Shown here in pieces: positions 26,219 through 40,200 of a DNA stretch of 64,000 nt. The stretch comes from Octopus vulgaris (taxonomy: Eukaryota). How positions within the stretch are numbered: the first letter of the stretch is position 1; the number at the start of each line of letters is the position of its first letter. The notes beneath the pieces were generated by a model. It saw only the letters and a list, made by a program, of their open reading frames with translations. It made no database searches and had not been told where the DNA came from. The translations under genes were made by a program, and so were the position numbers. The stretch is from assembly GCA_951406725.2 (NCBI GenBank), contig OX597819.1, positions 12,276,001 through 12,340,000 on the forward strand. The letters are read 5' to 3'.

Positions 26219-27079
26219 CTGGAAAAGAAAAGAAAAAAAACTTTAAAATTTCAACAAATAACCCAAAACAATGTTGATTTATAACAATAAAAACTATTAA
26301 CATTTCAATTTTTTTCCCCGGGTCAATTTTATCTTTTCACTCTTCCAGAGTCAAGAAACATAATAAAGGATTGATCTAATAAACTTTTTTTATGACTTTT
26401 TTTATAATTTAGGTGGCAGGCTGGCAGAACTGTTAGCATGCTGGACAAAATGCTTAGCAGTATTTCACCCATAGCTACATTGAGTTCAAATTCTGGCGAG
26501 GTTGACTTTGCCTTTCATCCTTTTGGGGTTGATAAATTAAGTACCAGTGAAACACTGGGGTTGATGTAATCAACTTAACCAGAATTTTTTTTTTAACACC
26601 ACAGGATCTCAAAGATTGATAAGAGAAGAGCAAAAAATCTATACTGCATGGGTAGAAGCAGCAGGAATTAGTGCATCAAGATATCAAAAATTATCCTCAG
26701 ACAGGAGGAGACCTTGTCCTAGTGCTTGCAATTGGGTAGTAGACTCAACTAAAATCACCTGAAGGTCAAGGGGTAGGTATCACATCAAACACATTAACCA
26801 TTTTTTTACCATATTTCTGTTCTAAATTAACAAAGAATTTAGTAAAATAACTTATTGCAAAGCTGGTGTTTAAAATAACACAAAATTTCAATGGAAGTTT
26901 GTATCATAGAACCAAAGATGGTCTCAGGCTGGCTGGTATTAAAAACAGTTAAGTCTACTCTTCTAACTAATGTTGATACAAAACAGTACTGTACTTGGTC
27001 AAGAAGAAACAACAACAAAATAAACAAATAATGCAATAGTCATTTTAGCATTGGGACGATAAAATAAAACATCAAACAT

Positions 27080-27327
27080 ATGGCGTAATGGTTAAGAACA
27101 CGGGCTACTAACCCCAAGATTCCGAGTTCGATTCCAGGCAGTGACCTGAATAATAACATCGAAAGCTATCTTAGGAATGAGAACCCAGGTTCGAAATTTC
27201 CCCAAGACACCTGATGAAGGCTGGAGGGTATAGCACTCAAAACGTGTTAACAACAAACAAGATGAGGACAAATATCCGTCAAATGTAAATAATGTACATA
27301 ATTCCTCATCTCTTAAATATAGAACTG
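27080..27327 (+). mobile_element. tRNA-headed SINE with Penelope-like tail
   Basis: A box TGGCGTAATGG and B box GTTCGATTCC. The tail with cctgatgaagg..aaacgt is also seen at 2367-2602. Confidence 0.6.
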
Positions 27328-27487
27328 TAATAAAGATTTCTCAGAAATTTATAGAGAAAGAGAGAAAACCAGTTTGACACTCCCCACCCATGGGTACAAG
27401 TTCCAGGATACAAATTCACTATTTTAAACATATCTAAAATAAAACCTTCCTCTTAAATTTCATGTTAGGTTTCAGATACCAGCTTAA

Positions 27488-27707
27488 CCCTTTTGATACC
27501 AATCCGGCTGAAACCGCCTCTGGCTCTCAGTACAAATGTCTTATTTTCATAAGTTCTGAATTAAAATCTTCCACCAAACCTTAGTCACAATTTATGTTCC
27601 TATCACCAGCTGAAAAATAACTAAGTTATTTTACTCAATTCTTTGTTATATTCAAAGTAATTGAAAGAAACACAGAGCATCTCAAAATAAATACAGTAAC
27701 GAAAGGG
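27488..27707. mobile_element. piggyBac-type MITE (~220 bp); other copies at 15716-15937, 28385-28605, 31976-32197, 36014-36235
   Basis: TTAA TSD, CCCTTT..TAC TIRs shared with the 7208-8282 element, and a highly similar body across copies. Older related copies near 9030-9235, 16045-16235 and 25040-26068. Confidence 0.88.
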
Positions 27708-29729
27708 TTAATACTGATAAAATTATTAACTTATGGATTATATTCCAAAATCGAAACACAGGCTGTGTATTTCAATAGAAACATGGTAACAAGGGTTCGA
27801 AAGATTCCAAAACATACTCAACACTTATTTTATAAACTCCTACAGAAGGAGGAGGATAAGTGTACCTAGACAAGATTTGAATGAAATCCCAGAAGTGAAG
27901 TGATCTAATTTTGCTGCCACCTCGCCACCTTCGAAAATCAATATGTAATAAAATGTGAAAAAGTTGAGAAAACTACCACAGCTTTTATATATAAAATGTG
28001 TTGCAGTAGACATTGAATAAATAGTTCCACTTATTGTGTTTGACTGAGCAAACCTTGAGCCACAGGAAGTCAGCTCTCTAAGATCAACTTTTCTACATAT
28101 ACTATGTTTCTAATTAATTATATTACACATTCAGACGGCAAGCTGGCAGAATCGTTAGCATACCTAGCAAAATACTTAGTAGTATTTTGTCCATCGATAT
28201 GTCCTGGGTTCAAATTCCGCCAAGGTCAACTTTACCTTTCACTCTTTCGGGGTCGATAAATTAAGCACCAGTGAAACACTGGGATTGAGATAATCAACTA
28301 CTCCCTTCCCGCCAAATTTCAGGCCTTGTGCCTATAGTAGAAAGGATTTCATTACACATTCAGTGATGGTAACAACCGACTTAACCCTTTCGTTACCGTA
28401 TTTATTTTTGAGATGCTCTGTGTTTCTTTCAATTACTTTAACTATAACAAAGAATTTAGTAAAATAACTTAGTTATCATTAAGCTAATGTCAGGAGCGTT
28501 AATTGTGACTAAGGTTTGGTGGAAGATTTTAATTCAAAACTTATGAAAACAAGACATTCATACTCAGAGCCAGAGCCGGTTTTGGCCGGGTTAGTAACAA
28601 AAGGGTTAACACAACTACAGATTTTAAACTATTTTTATTATTTCTATCCTGCCAACAAATCACATGGACAATTTCATTTTGATTACTCATTAACATCATT
28701 TGACTTACTTTTCAAAAACCAAAAATTAAAACAAAACAAAACCTCTTTACTTGCTACATGTTAACAAGTGACCCACATTATACAACCATTTAGCTTAACA
28801 TTATTTTAATCCATAGCACCAAAAGACTTCCTCTGTGAAAGACACTTGACAAACGAATATCCTGAGAGACACGAAGTGTAAAATAAAACCCAGAATGATT
28901 TTAATTCAAACAGTGCTACTAATTGACCAACTGCATTATCATAATCAATGAGCTGTTAGCATAAAGTTAGATTTACAAGATGGGGATTAACCCAATGTCT
29001 GGTACTTCCTTTTATGAACTTGGGAGGGCGAGGGGAGAGAAAATTGCAATGTAAATAAATACAAAACAGAAGTACATAAATACTGAAGTATCTGGTCTAA
29101 CACAATTTGTCAACCTCAAGATGATGGGGTGCTTTGATGGTCATTCAACTAACTAGAAATAACCAAATCTTCGTCATATCTACTGTACTGTCCTAAAATA
29201 CACATTTGATGAGGTGGTCCTAAATACATATCTGAAAGAAAGTATGAAGTGGTCATGGGTGGAATGCATTTGATCTGACCTAGGGCTAAACAATATTACA
29301 ATAATTATATTAAAAAAAAAAATATGTATATACTTGATGGTTGCCCATCATATGACATGACTTTGGAAGTGTATTTTTGCTGTTGTGGGTGAAATCAGGA
29401 AATATGGTATACATATAATAAATATAATCAAACTTTTAGCAAATCTTAAAAGGCTTATTCAAAATGACAAATACTAATTTTCAAAAGAAAAATATTACCT
29501 TAAAATATAATTCCTGTAACTCTTGTCGTTTATTCTTTCCCCTCCGTTTCCTTCCTCATTGTGAAGGAGTGTTGGGGGTGGCCTACCATCATGCTCAGAT
29601 TTACATACTCATCCCGCCCCACTCATGTTATTTCTTTCTTTATCTCTTTTACTCTCTTCCTCTCTCTCAATATGATGTAAAGAGTGACTGCAGAATTCAA
29701 CCCACCACTATTTATATCAGCTACTGTTA

Positions 29730-30303
29730 TTATTACCACTGCCTTGGCGAAGGCAGAGGTATTGTTTTCAGTTGCATTTGTTTATCCATGGACAAGATAT
29801 CACAAGAACCAACCGCTGGATGTATTCAGATGAAACTTTCAGGAATGCTTAACTTCATGACTGGCACGAACTGATTAGATTTTGGGATTGATCCAGTACT
29901 GGACAAGGACTCTGGATTATTTGTTATATTTACTTTACACGATTATAATCTTATGTTAACTTTCAAGTCTTTCTCAATTGTCCCCCTTTAGGCTGTAACT
30001 ATTTTGAATAGTGAATTCATTGACTGGCTTGTATTAGATAAGGATAAACTATTTATTACTGTTACTAAATTTTCTACAGCCACCTTCACATCCCAAGACT
30101 ACCATTGGGATCAATCCCGTACCGGACAAGGATTCTGCATTATTTTTCCAGTTTTAATCTTTGAGATCGATCGGGTTCATTTTTAGTATTCTCATTTGTG
30201 AGAGCATTCAAGTTTATTTCAGATATTCTCATTTTAAAAATTATCTCTGGCTAATCATTGAGAAGACGGTGTTACTTGGCAGAGGTTTGCACTGAGTGCT
30301 CTT
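29730..30303 (+). mobile_element. Non-autonomous DNA element of CryptonV/Helentron-associated type
   Basis: Starts ttattacc.ctgcc...ggtattgttttc and ends ttggcagaggtttgcactgagtgc. Internal inverted gatc/ccgtac repeats. Confidence 0.5.
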
Positions 30304-31313
30304 ACTATAATTTAGGTGGCAGGCTGGCAGAACTGTTAGCATGCTGGACAAAATGCTTAGCAGTATTTCACCCATAGCTACATTGAGTTCAAATTCTGGC
30401 GAGGTTGACTTTGCCTTTCATCCTTTTGGGGTTGATAAATTAAGTACCAGTGAAACACTGGGGTTGATGTAATCAACTTAACTCCTCCCCCAAATTTCAG
30501 GCCTTGTGTCTTTAGTAGAAAGGATTATTTTTATATATATATATATATATTACAGAATTAATGAATGTCAAAAAAGCAAGAAAGTAATTTTATTGTACAT
30601 AGCATTAAGATGGACAAATCTTGTCAAATTTCACTATTCATTCCTCTATTGACAAACATTACCAGTAATTCACTGGGGTTGATTCAATTATACCGCTCTA
30701 TCTCACACACACAAGTTAGCAAGACATTGTTAAAAGGATTGATAACAAATTTAGAATTAGACAATTTTATAAGTAAATGAGTTTGTTACGGTCACTGCTC
30801 TTATATCCCAGTCATAAAAGGTACAAGTAACATTAAACCTATTTTATAAAGCTACACATTTATAAAGGAAAGGGAGAAAGAAGATTCTCAATGGAATTAA
30901 AACAGCAGAAATGAATTCTGAAGTGGCTTTTGTGAAGAAGTGAAATCTGGATTACAAACACAATTTATATGGAAAGGTTACAGCTACACAACAATGGTAT
31001 TAAATAGAACTTGTTATATAGAGATCAAACAAAAAGATGAAGCTAATGTTAATTCAAACATTTCCAATCAAATCCTGACAACACTCTTCAATGATAGCCA
31101 TGTGCAGCTCGTCAAATTATAAGACCAAGCAAGGAAGGGGGTGGGGTGGGGAATAAAAAACAACATACAAAGATGAGAAACGCCTACATTTTAAATTTTA
31201 TCAATAAATACAATCCCAGCAATTGAATAAAGGGCCACAGATGGCTTCAGAAAATGTCAGAGAGAACAGAAATATCTGTTTGTGGATTTATTTGTTAATC
31301 TGGAGACAGTTGG

Positions 31314-31344
<31 letters not shown>

Positions 31345-32289
31345 ACACACACACACATGCACAAATGTAACATGTTTAGTGTGCAGTAGTGGAGGCGCAA
31401 TGGCCCAGTGGTTAGGGCAGCGGACTCGCGGTTTCGATTCCCAGACAGGGCGTTGTGAGTGTTTATTGAGCGAAAACACCTAAAAGTTCCACGAGGCTCC
31501 GGCAGGGATGGTGGTGATCCCTGCTGTACTCTTTCACCACAACTTTCTCTCACTCTTACTTCCTGTTTCTGTTGTACCTGTATTTCAAAGGGCCGGCCTT
31601 GTCACTCTCGTGTCACGCTGAATATCCTTGAGAATTACGTTACGGGTACATGTGTCTGTGGAGTGCTCAGCCACTTACACGTTAATTTCACGAGCAGGCT
31701 GTTCCGTTGATTGGATCAACCGGAATCCTCGTCGTCGTAACCGACAGAGTGCTTCCCAATGTGTAGTATGCTTCCTGACCAGACTAAAGCATAACATATC
31801 CAGGTTGTAGATATGTTGGTTAGTGATTGACTACTTTTATAAAACCAAGATCAGATCAGATGGAGTCACTGAACCTGGCAAACTACAATCAAGTAACCCA
31901 ACAATTCTAAAATACCTACAACATTTAACCCTTTTGTTACAATATTTCTATGGAAATACACTGATCTCCTTTTAACCCTTTCATTACCAACCCGGCTGAA
32001 ACCGGCTCTGGCTCTGTAGTACAAATGTCTTGTTTTCATAAGTTCTGAATTGAAATCTTCCACTAAACCTTAGTCACAATTTATGCTCCTAAAACTAGCT
32101 TAATCATAACTAAGTTATTTTACTAAATTCTTTGTTATATTTAAAATTAATTGAAAGAAACACAGAGCATCTCAAAATAAATACAGTAACGAAAGGGTTA
32201 ATTAACTTAGGATATAATGAAGAATTTAGTAAAATAATTTCATTATTAAGCCAAAGTTTGGAACAAATTTACCTGAGATGAAATAAAAA

Positions 32290-33265
32290 TTGGAATTCTT
32301 TGCCTGATGCAGAAACTGCAGGATCTACTTAGACATATTGCAAACTCCTCTTCTAAACCTATCATAATGTTGGAGACCCATATCATCAGCAGGTATCTTT
32401 GGGGTCACAAGCATTTTGCCCTTTAACATGTACACTTTAACTGGGTGGGACAGCAAGAACTGAATTAGTCATTGTCTGTAGAAGGTTCCATCTGCAGTTT
32501 ATCAGACCACAGCCTCCTGATCTGGTTTCAGCCACCTCCTTGGTGGCTTTCTTCAATTGTCTAGGTTCCAGGCCAATCTCCTGCAGCAAATAGTGCACCA
32601 ACCCAGCTGGGAAGCCACAGCAGCCAGCTTCTACACAGAATGAAGTTACATGCTGTCCCTTAACAAGTGCTTAATTGACAAATCTTTATATTTAGTTTTT
32701 ACTTTAACTTGTGAAAAATATAGAGTCTATCCTCCCGGGGCATTGTAAAGTCAACCATGATAATTATTTTTTGCACTCCTGGATAGTAAGAACACAGTTA
32801 GTTAGACCAAAGTTACCATGTCCTCCTCTGAGAAAAAGAAGGTCCACTTGCATCTCCCAATCTGAGGCTGGATGCTAAACAGAAAACGAGCCACCAACCG
32901 CTGCTTCTGTCATACTTTCTCTCAGAAATCTGATACTCTTAGGGGTGATGACTGCTGTTGGTTGGGCATAACCCTCTGCAGGTCTGTCCATTTAGCAATA
33001 TCTGTAAGGACTTTGTTGTGCCTCCACTTGTCAAAATGTTGTTCAGGATACAAAAAGTTGCTCCACACTGCTTGCAGGATAGGTCCTCTTTGCTCTATAT
33101 TTTAAGGTTGTTTAGGGTTGACAAGAGAAAGAACAATCTTCCCTGACCAGTATCCCAGAGTTCTCTCCAGGACAACGGCTGCTCAAGTGCTTGGTCCCAT
33201 TATATCCCGTGTCCCTGTTATGCAAGCCCTACTGCCTTTATGTGGCAATCTTCCTCTGTTGAATC
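32290..33265 (-). mobile_element. Decayed C-terminus of an RLE-type (R2/Hero-like) non-LTR element, nested in a piggyBac MITE
   Basis: Minus-strand remnants CKQCG, WRHNKVL, KKIIIMVDFTMPRED, KYKDL and VEAGCCGF. Confidence 0.65.
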
Positions 33266-36200
33266 ATGTGGAAAGTTTTAATTCCAATCACATCATTTAT
33301 GAAGTTTGTACCATAGAACCAGGAGCAGTTCGGTGCCAAAAGGATTAATAAGTGTTTAGTATTTTACTCTCTTAAGTCACCAACATTTTGTTTTGACTAT
33401 GAAATATTTATGAAGTTAATTCCTGAAGAAAAGAAAAAACCCTTACCTACAAGTGAATGGAGAAGCTGATGATTGCAGTGTTAAAATGGATAGAAAAGAA
33501 GTGGGGAAAACAAAACTAGTGAAGAACACCAGAGCATTTCTCAATATCAACATACTGCAAACCACCAACTAGCCTCATGGCTATTGAAGCCAAATAAAGC
33601 AGCTGGTAACACAGCAGAATACTGCAACAGATGTTCTCATTGATAAATGCAAAACTTGGAATGAGTGGAAAAGAAGCAGTCAAAAATTATAGCCAGAGAC
33701 AATGTGAAAAAACCAGCACACAGACAGGTGATAAGGTATGGATGATTATTTAAAATAGAAACAGCAGATAAGCTTATCTATGCGGTGAGGATTGTTTAAA
33801 ATGGAATCAGTGAGAGATGCATGAAATGTTCTTCAAGTCAGAATGAATCTCAAGTATTCTTCAATGAAAATCTAAGAAAATTTAAAGGAACTGTGAGAAT
33901 AGTAAAGAAATACACTTCAAAGAGAGTAAAAGAGATGGTTTATTCTTGGAGGAAAATGTTTCAGCTGAAAGACCTAGAAAATCCAGAATAACCTTCTAAT
34001 TTAATAGCAATTTATTTTGAGACATTTTTATAAAGAATTCCACACGAAGGGAGACAGGAAATAATCCTCAGAGCATATTCGAAACCAATGTTTACAATAA
34101 TTAAAAAGGAAATATCAGTGTTTGCCATTTTAATTAAAAAGCTGATTGAAGATCGATAAGAGAGAGAAAGCAAGGAGTTCACTGTGGAAACATTATCAAA
34201 CACTTTTGGTGTGAAATATGAAGAGTTCCATGTCAGAAGCACTGGCTACATCTGAAAACTAGAAAGACACCTATTCCTGTCCCTCTATCATACTTTCACC
34301 TCTTAGCACTCAGTATAAAGCCAGTTATGCAATCCACCACTCAGTCGAGTGGGGTCTCATCCTGCGAGTTACTTGGTGATGTCACTAGTGCTGGAGCTAG
34401 AAAAAGCACCCAATACACTCTGCAAAGTGGCTGGTGTCAGAAAGAGCACCTAGCCATAGAGACCCTGCCAAAGCAGACAAAGGAGCTCAGAGCAGCTCTC
34501 TGACTCATCAGTTCAGGTCGAACCATCCAATCTATACCAATATGGACATAAAATAACAATAATGATGAAGACATTGAAACTGAAAATTAATCTACAGTTT
34601 TATTTTCCTCAATTTCTGTGTCTGTTGAAAATAAAAAAATGACGAAGAATATGTCAGCAGGCATCAAATCTTCAGCAACAGACAATGCTTTGTCTAAAGA
34701 AACAAAACCAATATTTAATCCATAACAGATTTCTATATTCTTAAGCATTAAGTACACAATGAATTCCAGATCAAGATACGTTTTGAATATCCTTAACTGA
34801 TCAATACTTAGGAGATGGTAGATAAACATTTTAAGAAGCTATGAAAACAATAGCTTGTCAATTTCTCTTTCTCTCCTTTGTTGCCTTATTAAATCAATTT
34901 TACTCTTGAATCAATGAAACATTTAGAATTTAAGTTTGTTGAAATGTTCAAAGATATGAAAAATCAAATGACAACCGTTAAAAGCTGAAGACAATTTTTT
35001 CAAATATACAGTTGTCACAAAGTATTTAATTATTGATTAAGTGAGATCAGAAGAATTCATGCTATGCTTCGTAAGGTTTTTGCAGTAACTATTAGCATTT
35101 GAACCAACCACATTGGGGCCCAAACATTTTATCTGTTTTATGTTCAACCCAGCCTAATCTGATCTCTTACACCTACCGTACAGAGTAATTCTAAAAATAC
35201 AACAATCGCATTAATGAACTCCCAAAGAAAATGTATAATTAATTCAAAACTGCTTCAGCCAATCCAGTAAGAAAAACTTACTTGGTGAGACAAGAATTGT
35301 CTTTCCAAAATATAAAATACTTAAAAACAAAAGAAGACCCATGAAGCCAAGTAAAACCAGTCATGGCAGATATCAGTATCACACAAATGGCACATAAAAG
35401 CACCCACTACACTCTTGGAGTGGTTGGCATTAGGAAGGGCATCCAACAGTAGAAACCATGCCAAATCAGAGTGGAGCCTGGTGCAGCCTTCCAGCTTGCC
35501 AGCCCTCATCAAACCATCCAACCCATGCCAGCATGGACAACAGACATTAAATGATGATGAAGAGAGGCTTGAAGAGAACCTCCAAGCAGTACTTATTAAC
35601 AAGGTCTCCCTTAAATCACACCCATCTAAAATGAACTAATATGGCCCTTAATACATTGAAGGGGTGATGATACAACTGGAACTAACAGAACAGTAAAAAG
35701 CCAAGCACATCTTGGTGACAATTTCTTTTAGTCATCTCTTATGACAACAGTAATAAAGCTGTCTTTTCTAACGACTGGTTTACACAGAATAGAAAAAGAA
35801 AAACAAGGCAAGCCGGAAGGAAATAAATGGGGAAAAGAAAAAGACAAGGAAGTGGGGAGTGAGAGAGGAGGAGGAAGGAGGGAGCAGGGAAGCAGCAAGA
35901 AAGGGGAAGGGAAAGAGGAGAGGGGGGAAAACCATCCAGTGACATGAGAAGATGGGCGTGGTGAAACTAATGAGCAATCAATATAATTCATTACAGAATT
36001 TTTTTAATATTAACCCATTCGTTACCATATTTATTTTGAGATGCTCTACATTTCTTTCAATTAATTTTAAATATAACAAAGAATTTAGTAAAATAACTTA
36101 GTTATCATTCAGCTAGTGTTAGGAACATAAATTGTGACTGAGGTTTGGTGGAAGATTTTAATTCAAAACTTATGAAAACAAGACATATGTACTATAGAAC

Positions 36201-36809
36201 CAGAGCCGGTTTCAGCCGGATTTGTATTGAAAGGGTTAATGACATGCATAGCTTATCATGACAAAAACTTGGAATAGACCTAGTTATTAGATACAGTTGA
36301 TTGTCTAGTTTGTCTGTTTTAAATGATTTCAAATTTAATATAATTTGTGTATGTGAAGCCAGGACTGATAACCATCAAATCAACCACCACCCGCCTGTCC
36401 AACTTCCTCAAACCACGACAGACTATACAGAGATAAAGGAGAACAACAAGAGAACAGAGTCCAAGATCTCCCATACTTTAGACGATAAAAATAAAAATGC
36501 TCAAGCGATTGCTTTGAAAGTGGGGTTTGCTGAAGCATAACAAAAACAAGACTAAAGGAAAACTGATATTAAATCAATTGACAGAATTAAAATAGGATTT
36601 GAAATTGAGGTCAGAGTTTGATTGAAGTGGAGATGATGTATTCATAATATGTGAAATATGAAACTTTCAATTAAGATTATACAAAATATCATCTTTGATT
36701 AGTGTTTGACTTTAAGAGATAGGCTAATGATTAGATGGGGAGGGGGGGGGGGGCATAGTGATGAGGAGAGGAGAGAGGGAGAAAGCCAAGAGACAAGAGG
36801 AGAGAGCTG

Positions 36810-37183
36810 GTGAGAGAGAGGACGGGAGAGAGAGAGAGAGAGAGGGAAGGTGAGAGAGAGAGAGAGGGAGGGCGAGCAAGAGAGAGAGAGCAAGCAAGAG
36901 ACAGGGTGAGCAAGAGAGAGAAGGCGAGAGAGAGAGAGAGAGAGAGAGGGCGAGCAAGAGAGAGAGAGAGAGAGGGCGAGCAAGAGAGAGAGAGAGAGAG
37001 AGGGCGAGCAAGAGAGAGAGGGCGAGCAAGAGAGAGAGAGGGCGAGCAAGAGAGAGAGAGGGCGAGCAAGAGAGAGAGAGAGGGCGAGCAAGAGAGAGAG
37101 AGAGGGCGAGCAAGAGAGAGAGAGAGGGGGCGAGCGAGAGAGGGACAAGGCAGCAAGAGACTATCAGTGCTAAAAAGAAAGAC

Positions 37184-37225
<42 letters not shown>
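36810..37225 (+). repeat. (GA)n-derived minisatellite, unit GGGCGAGCAA(GA)n
   Basis: About 10 GCGAGCAAG spacers separated by variable GA runs. It produces the spurious RE-rich and SL-rich ORFs. Confidence 0.95.
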
Positions 37226-37227
<2 letters not shown>

Positions 37228-40200
37228 GAGGGAAGGAGAGTATTAAAGTGAGTGAGTGGGGTAAGAAGGTAAATAAGTTAGTGGTCATTACACACAGTTT
37301 CTTTAAAATGTAATTTATGATGCAGAATGGGAAATAACAGCTGTTAGTCTAAATTGATTTAACAGGGAATATAAAGAAAGCTTCAAAGCTCTGAGTAAAG
37401 AGAAGAAGATTTTTTTTCTAATCGCAAGTAAAGAATTGTACCACTCAATGGCTATTGAGTAAATACACCTCTACTTCATTTTCACTTTAGTAATACACAG
37501 GAAACATCTTAAATCTTTTGCAGACTTCAATCTAATGATATAATTTTTGCTATTTAAATTTTAAGCTAAATATTAAATGTCCAATTCTCAATAGGTCTCA
37601 TTCAATACATTTGTCGGTAGACAGAAGTGGGCTGATTCAAGTTTGAAACTCTTAGGTTATTACTAAATACTAGTTTAGAAATTAAAGATCCCTAGTTTAA
37701 AATGTCGTCCAGTACATCAAGATGTATATACTGAAATGTTTCTGCTCTTCTGAAGACAAAGCTAATCTTATTGTTCACAATGAACCTGGCACAACGCCAC
37801 TTTTATTACTGTCCACTCTCCTACTGTCAAGGGTTCTTGCACAAATTGTTAGGTGCCAGGAAAACAAAACAAAAAGGGGGCACCAAGTACACTCTGTAAA
37901 GTGGTTAGCATTAAACCACACAAAATAAAAGGAGAAATTGGAACTCAATGTAATCATCAGGCCAACTGACCATGCTTGTGGAACTGTCCAGTTCATGACA
38001 GGATGGACAAATTCATCTCAGACATTTAGAAAACAAAATATCAACAGACAAGTGAGACTTCCATTAGGTACTTAATCAGCTGATGTTATCTGAAAGATTG
38101 GTTCAAGGCTATATTCTTAGAATTGCTTATGGGTTAAGATTTAAAATGGTTAGCTTTGCAAAACAGCATTTGCTGAAAGCAGCGTCAGAACTTGGGTTAA
38201 TTTAAGACTTGTGAGTGAAGTTTGATATATGAAATGTGTGGAAGTCCATCATAGGTATAAATATATATTTTATTACCATTAATAGAGGAGTTCCAAAGTT
38301 TATCTCTGCAAGACACCTGCCAACCTATCCCTGGTCTTATCTATTCCACTGCTAGCCACACCAACCAACTTTGCAATACAGGCAGCTCAGCTACCATCAC
38401 AATATAGCTAAATATGATCTTAGTTTTGCAAAGGTACGCTACCAAAGAAAGGTTTTTCTTTTTTCATAATCGAGACATTATACACATCAAGAAAGGGAGG
38501 AACAAAAACAACACGGTAAAGTGGAGGGAAGTTTTGTCAGAGACGATCTTTCTGTAGTAGGTGGCATTCTATAAAATGGTCTGTGTTAAGAAGGGTATCC
38601 AGATGTAAATGCTATGTGCCAAGAGATGAAAGAATGGACAGGGGAAACAGAAGATAACTCCAGTTTTTTTCCAGGGTCCTCTTTAGTACCAATGCCAAAA
38701 TAAAATAAAAAACTTTAATATGGCTACAGTTAATATTGGTTTCAAATCTGGGGACAAGAGCAATAATATCAGTGAAGGGGAGAAGTGAATTACACCAACC
38801 CCAGTGCTCAACTGATACGTATTTCATTGACCCCCGAAAAGATAAAAGGCAAAGTCAACTTTTGATTCCATGTTGAGCATCAAGCACAAACAAGAGATCT
38901 CCATCTGTCTCAATCTTTGACAATGAATTGTATTAGTCTCCTGATGTAACCACTTGCCAATGCTTCAGTTTCTGTGGACCTTCATTGTATTTGGTCGGCC
39001 ATGCTTCTCTCTCCTTCGAGGTGTTCATCAGATACAATATATACATATTCAAAATGAGAGAGAGTGTGTGTGTGTGTGCATGTATACAGAGAGAAAGAAA
39101 AGCTACATGCATAGCTGTGGCTACAGATTTTGTTTCATAAGTTCTCATCCAATTCATGCCAAAAGAACAAATATATTTACAAAACACAGATAAGAGTACT
39201 CCGCACACGACAGAGCATATTGTGCCTCAGCTACTTGTAGTCTCATAGCAAATTAGAAATACTGGGGACTGGACTGCTATGGTGTAAGGGAAACCACCTA
39301 CCTAGCCCAGGCCTGTAGTCATTAAAGGACAATTATTCCACCATGTTTATTAAACCTGATAGCCATCTCTTTGAATGGCTAGACCTTGGATTTTCAAGCA
39401 TGTAAAAGCTGTCCAAATGGAATTATTCTTGATGATGATATTGGAGTATGGAGTGACTTTATCAATGCTACCTGATGTTATTGAAAGGTAGATTGAGAAT
39501 TAGCTTAGCTGGTCTGGTGCAAATATTGCTTTAACTATTCAAATACTGCCTGACCATTCTTGTGTGTACCTTACAGGTATGAAATCCAAGTAGTAATGTA
39601 GGAGATCATCTATGAATTTCTAACACACACACACCACATTTGTAATTTGAACACATTCTTTCCTCTACTTGTGATTGAAACTTTTAAGACAAAATCAATA
39701 TTAAAGTAAATAACCAATAGAACAGAACTTAGCAACCCTTCTGTAAACACAAATCAGTCAAGGAAATAATATAGTGAGGATTCTAAACAGTTGCTCAAGT
39801 TTTTAGACACTGCAGGTTGATTCTCCCTCAAATCATGCCCTCAGCTCATCAAACAAAGAAAATACATTGGATTAATGTATTCCTAGATACACCATCTAAA
39901 TGAAAGCTGAGTAAGATTGGAATACCTTTAATTAAATCCTTTCTGCTCATCTATGGCAGACATGAGATTAAATTATGTTTTAGTATATAAGAAATTTGTA
40001 TATTGGGAAAAAAAAAACATTCGAGTAAATGTGAAAACTGAAAAGTGAAATGTCTAGTGGTTCAATCAAACCTGAATCAGTCGATATACAGCCAAAAAAG
40101 TGCTCCACTAATGACTATCCCACCTTATGTTTAGTCACAATTCATATAGGATTACATTATCTTTTCTTTAAGGGAAACATGGGGGTTCACTGCTACTTGT

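Noticed and set aside
36880-37140. Regularly spaced repeats superficially like a CRISPR array, plus 130-185 aa ORFs
   Set aside because: Spacers are simple (GA)n, the context is eukaryotic, no cas genes are present, and the ORFs are low-complexity artefacts.
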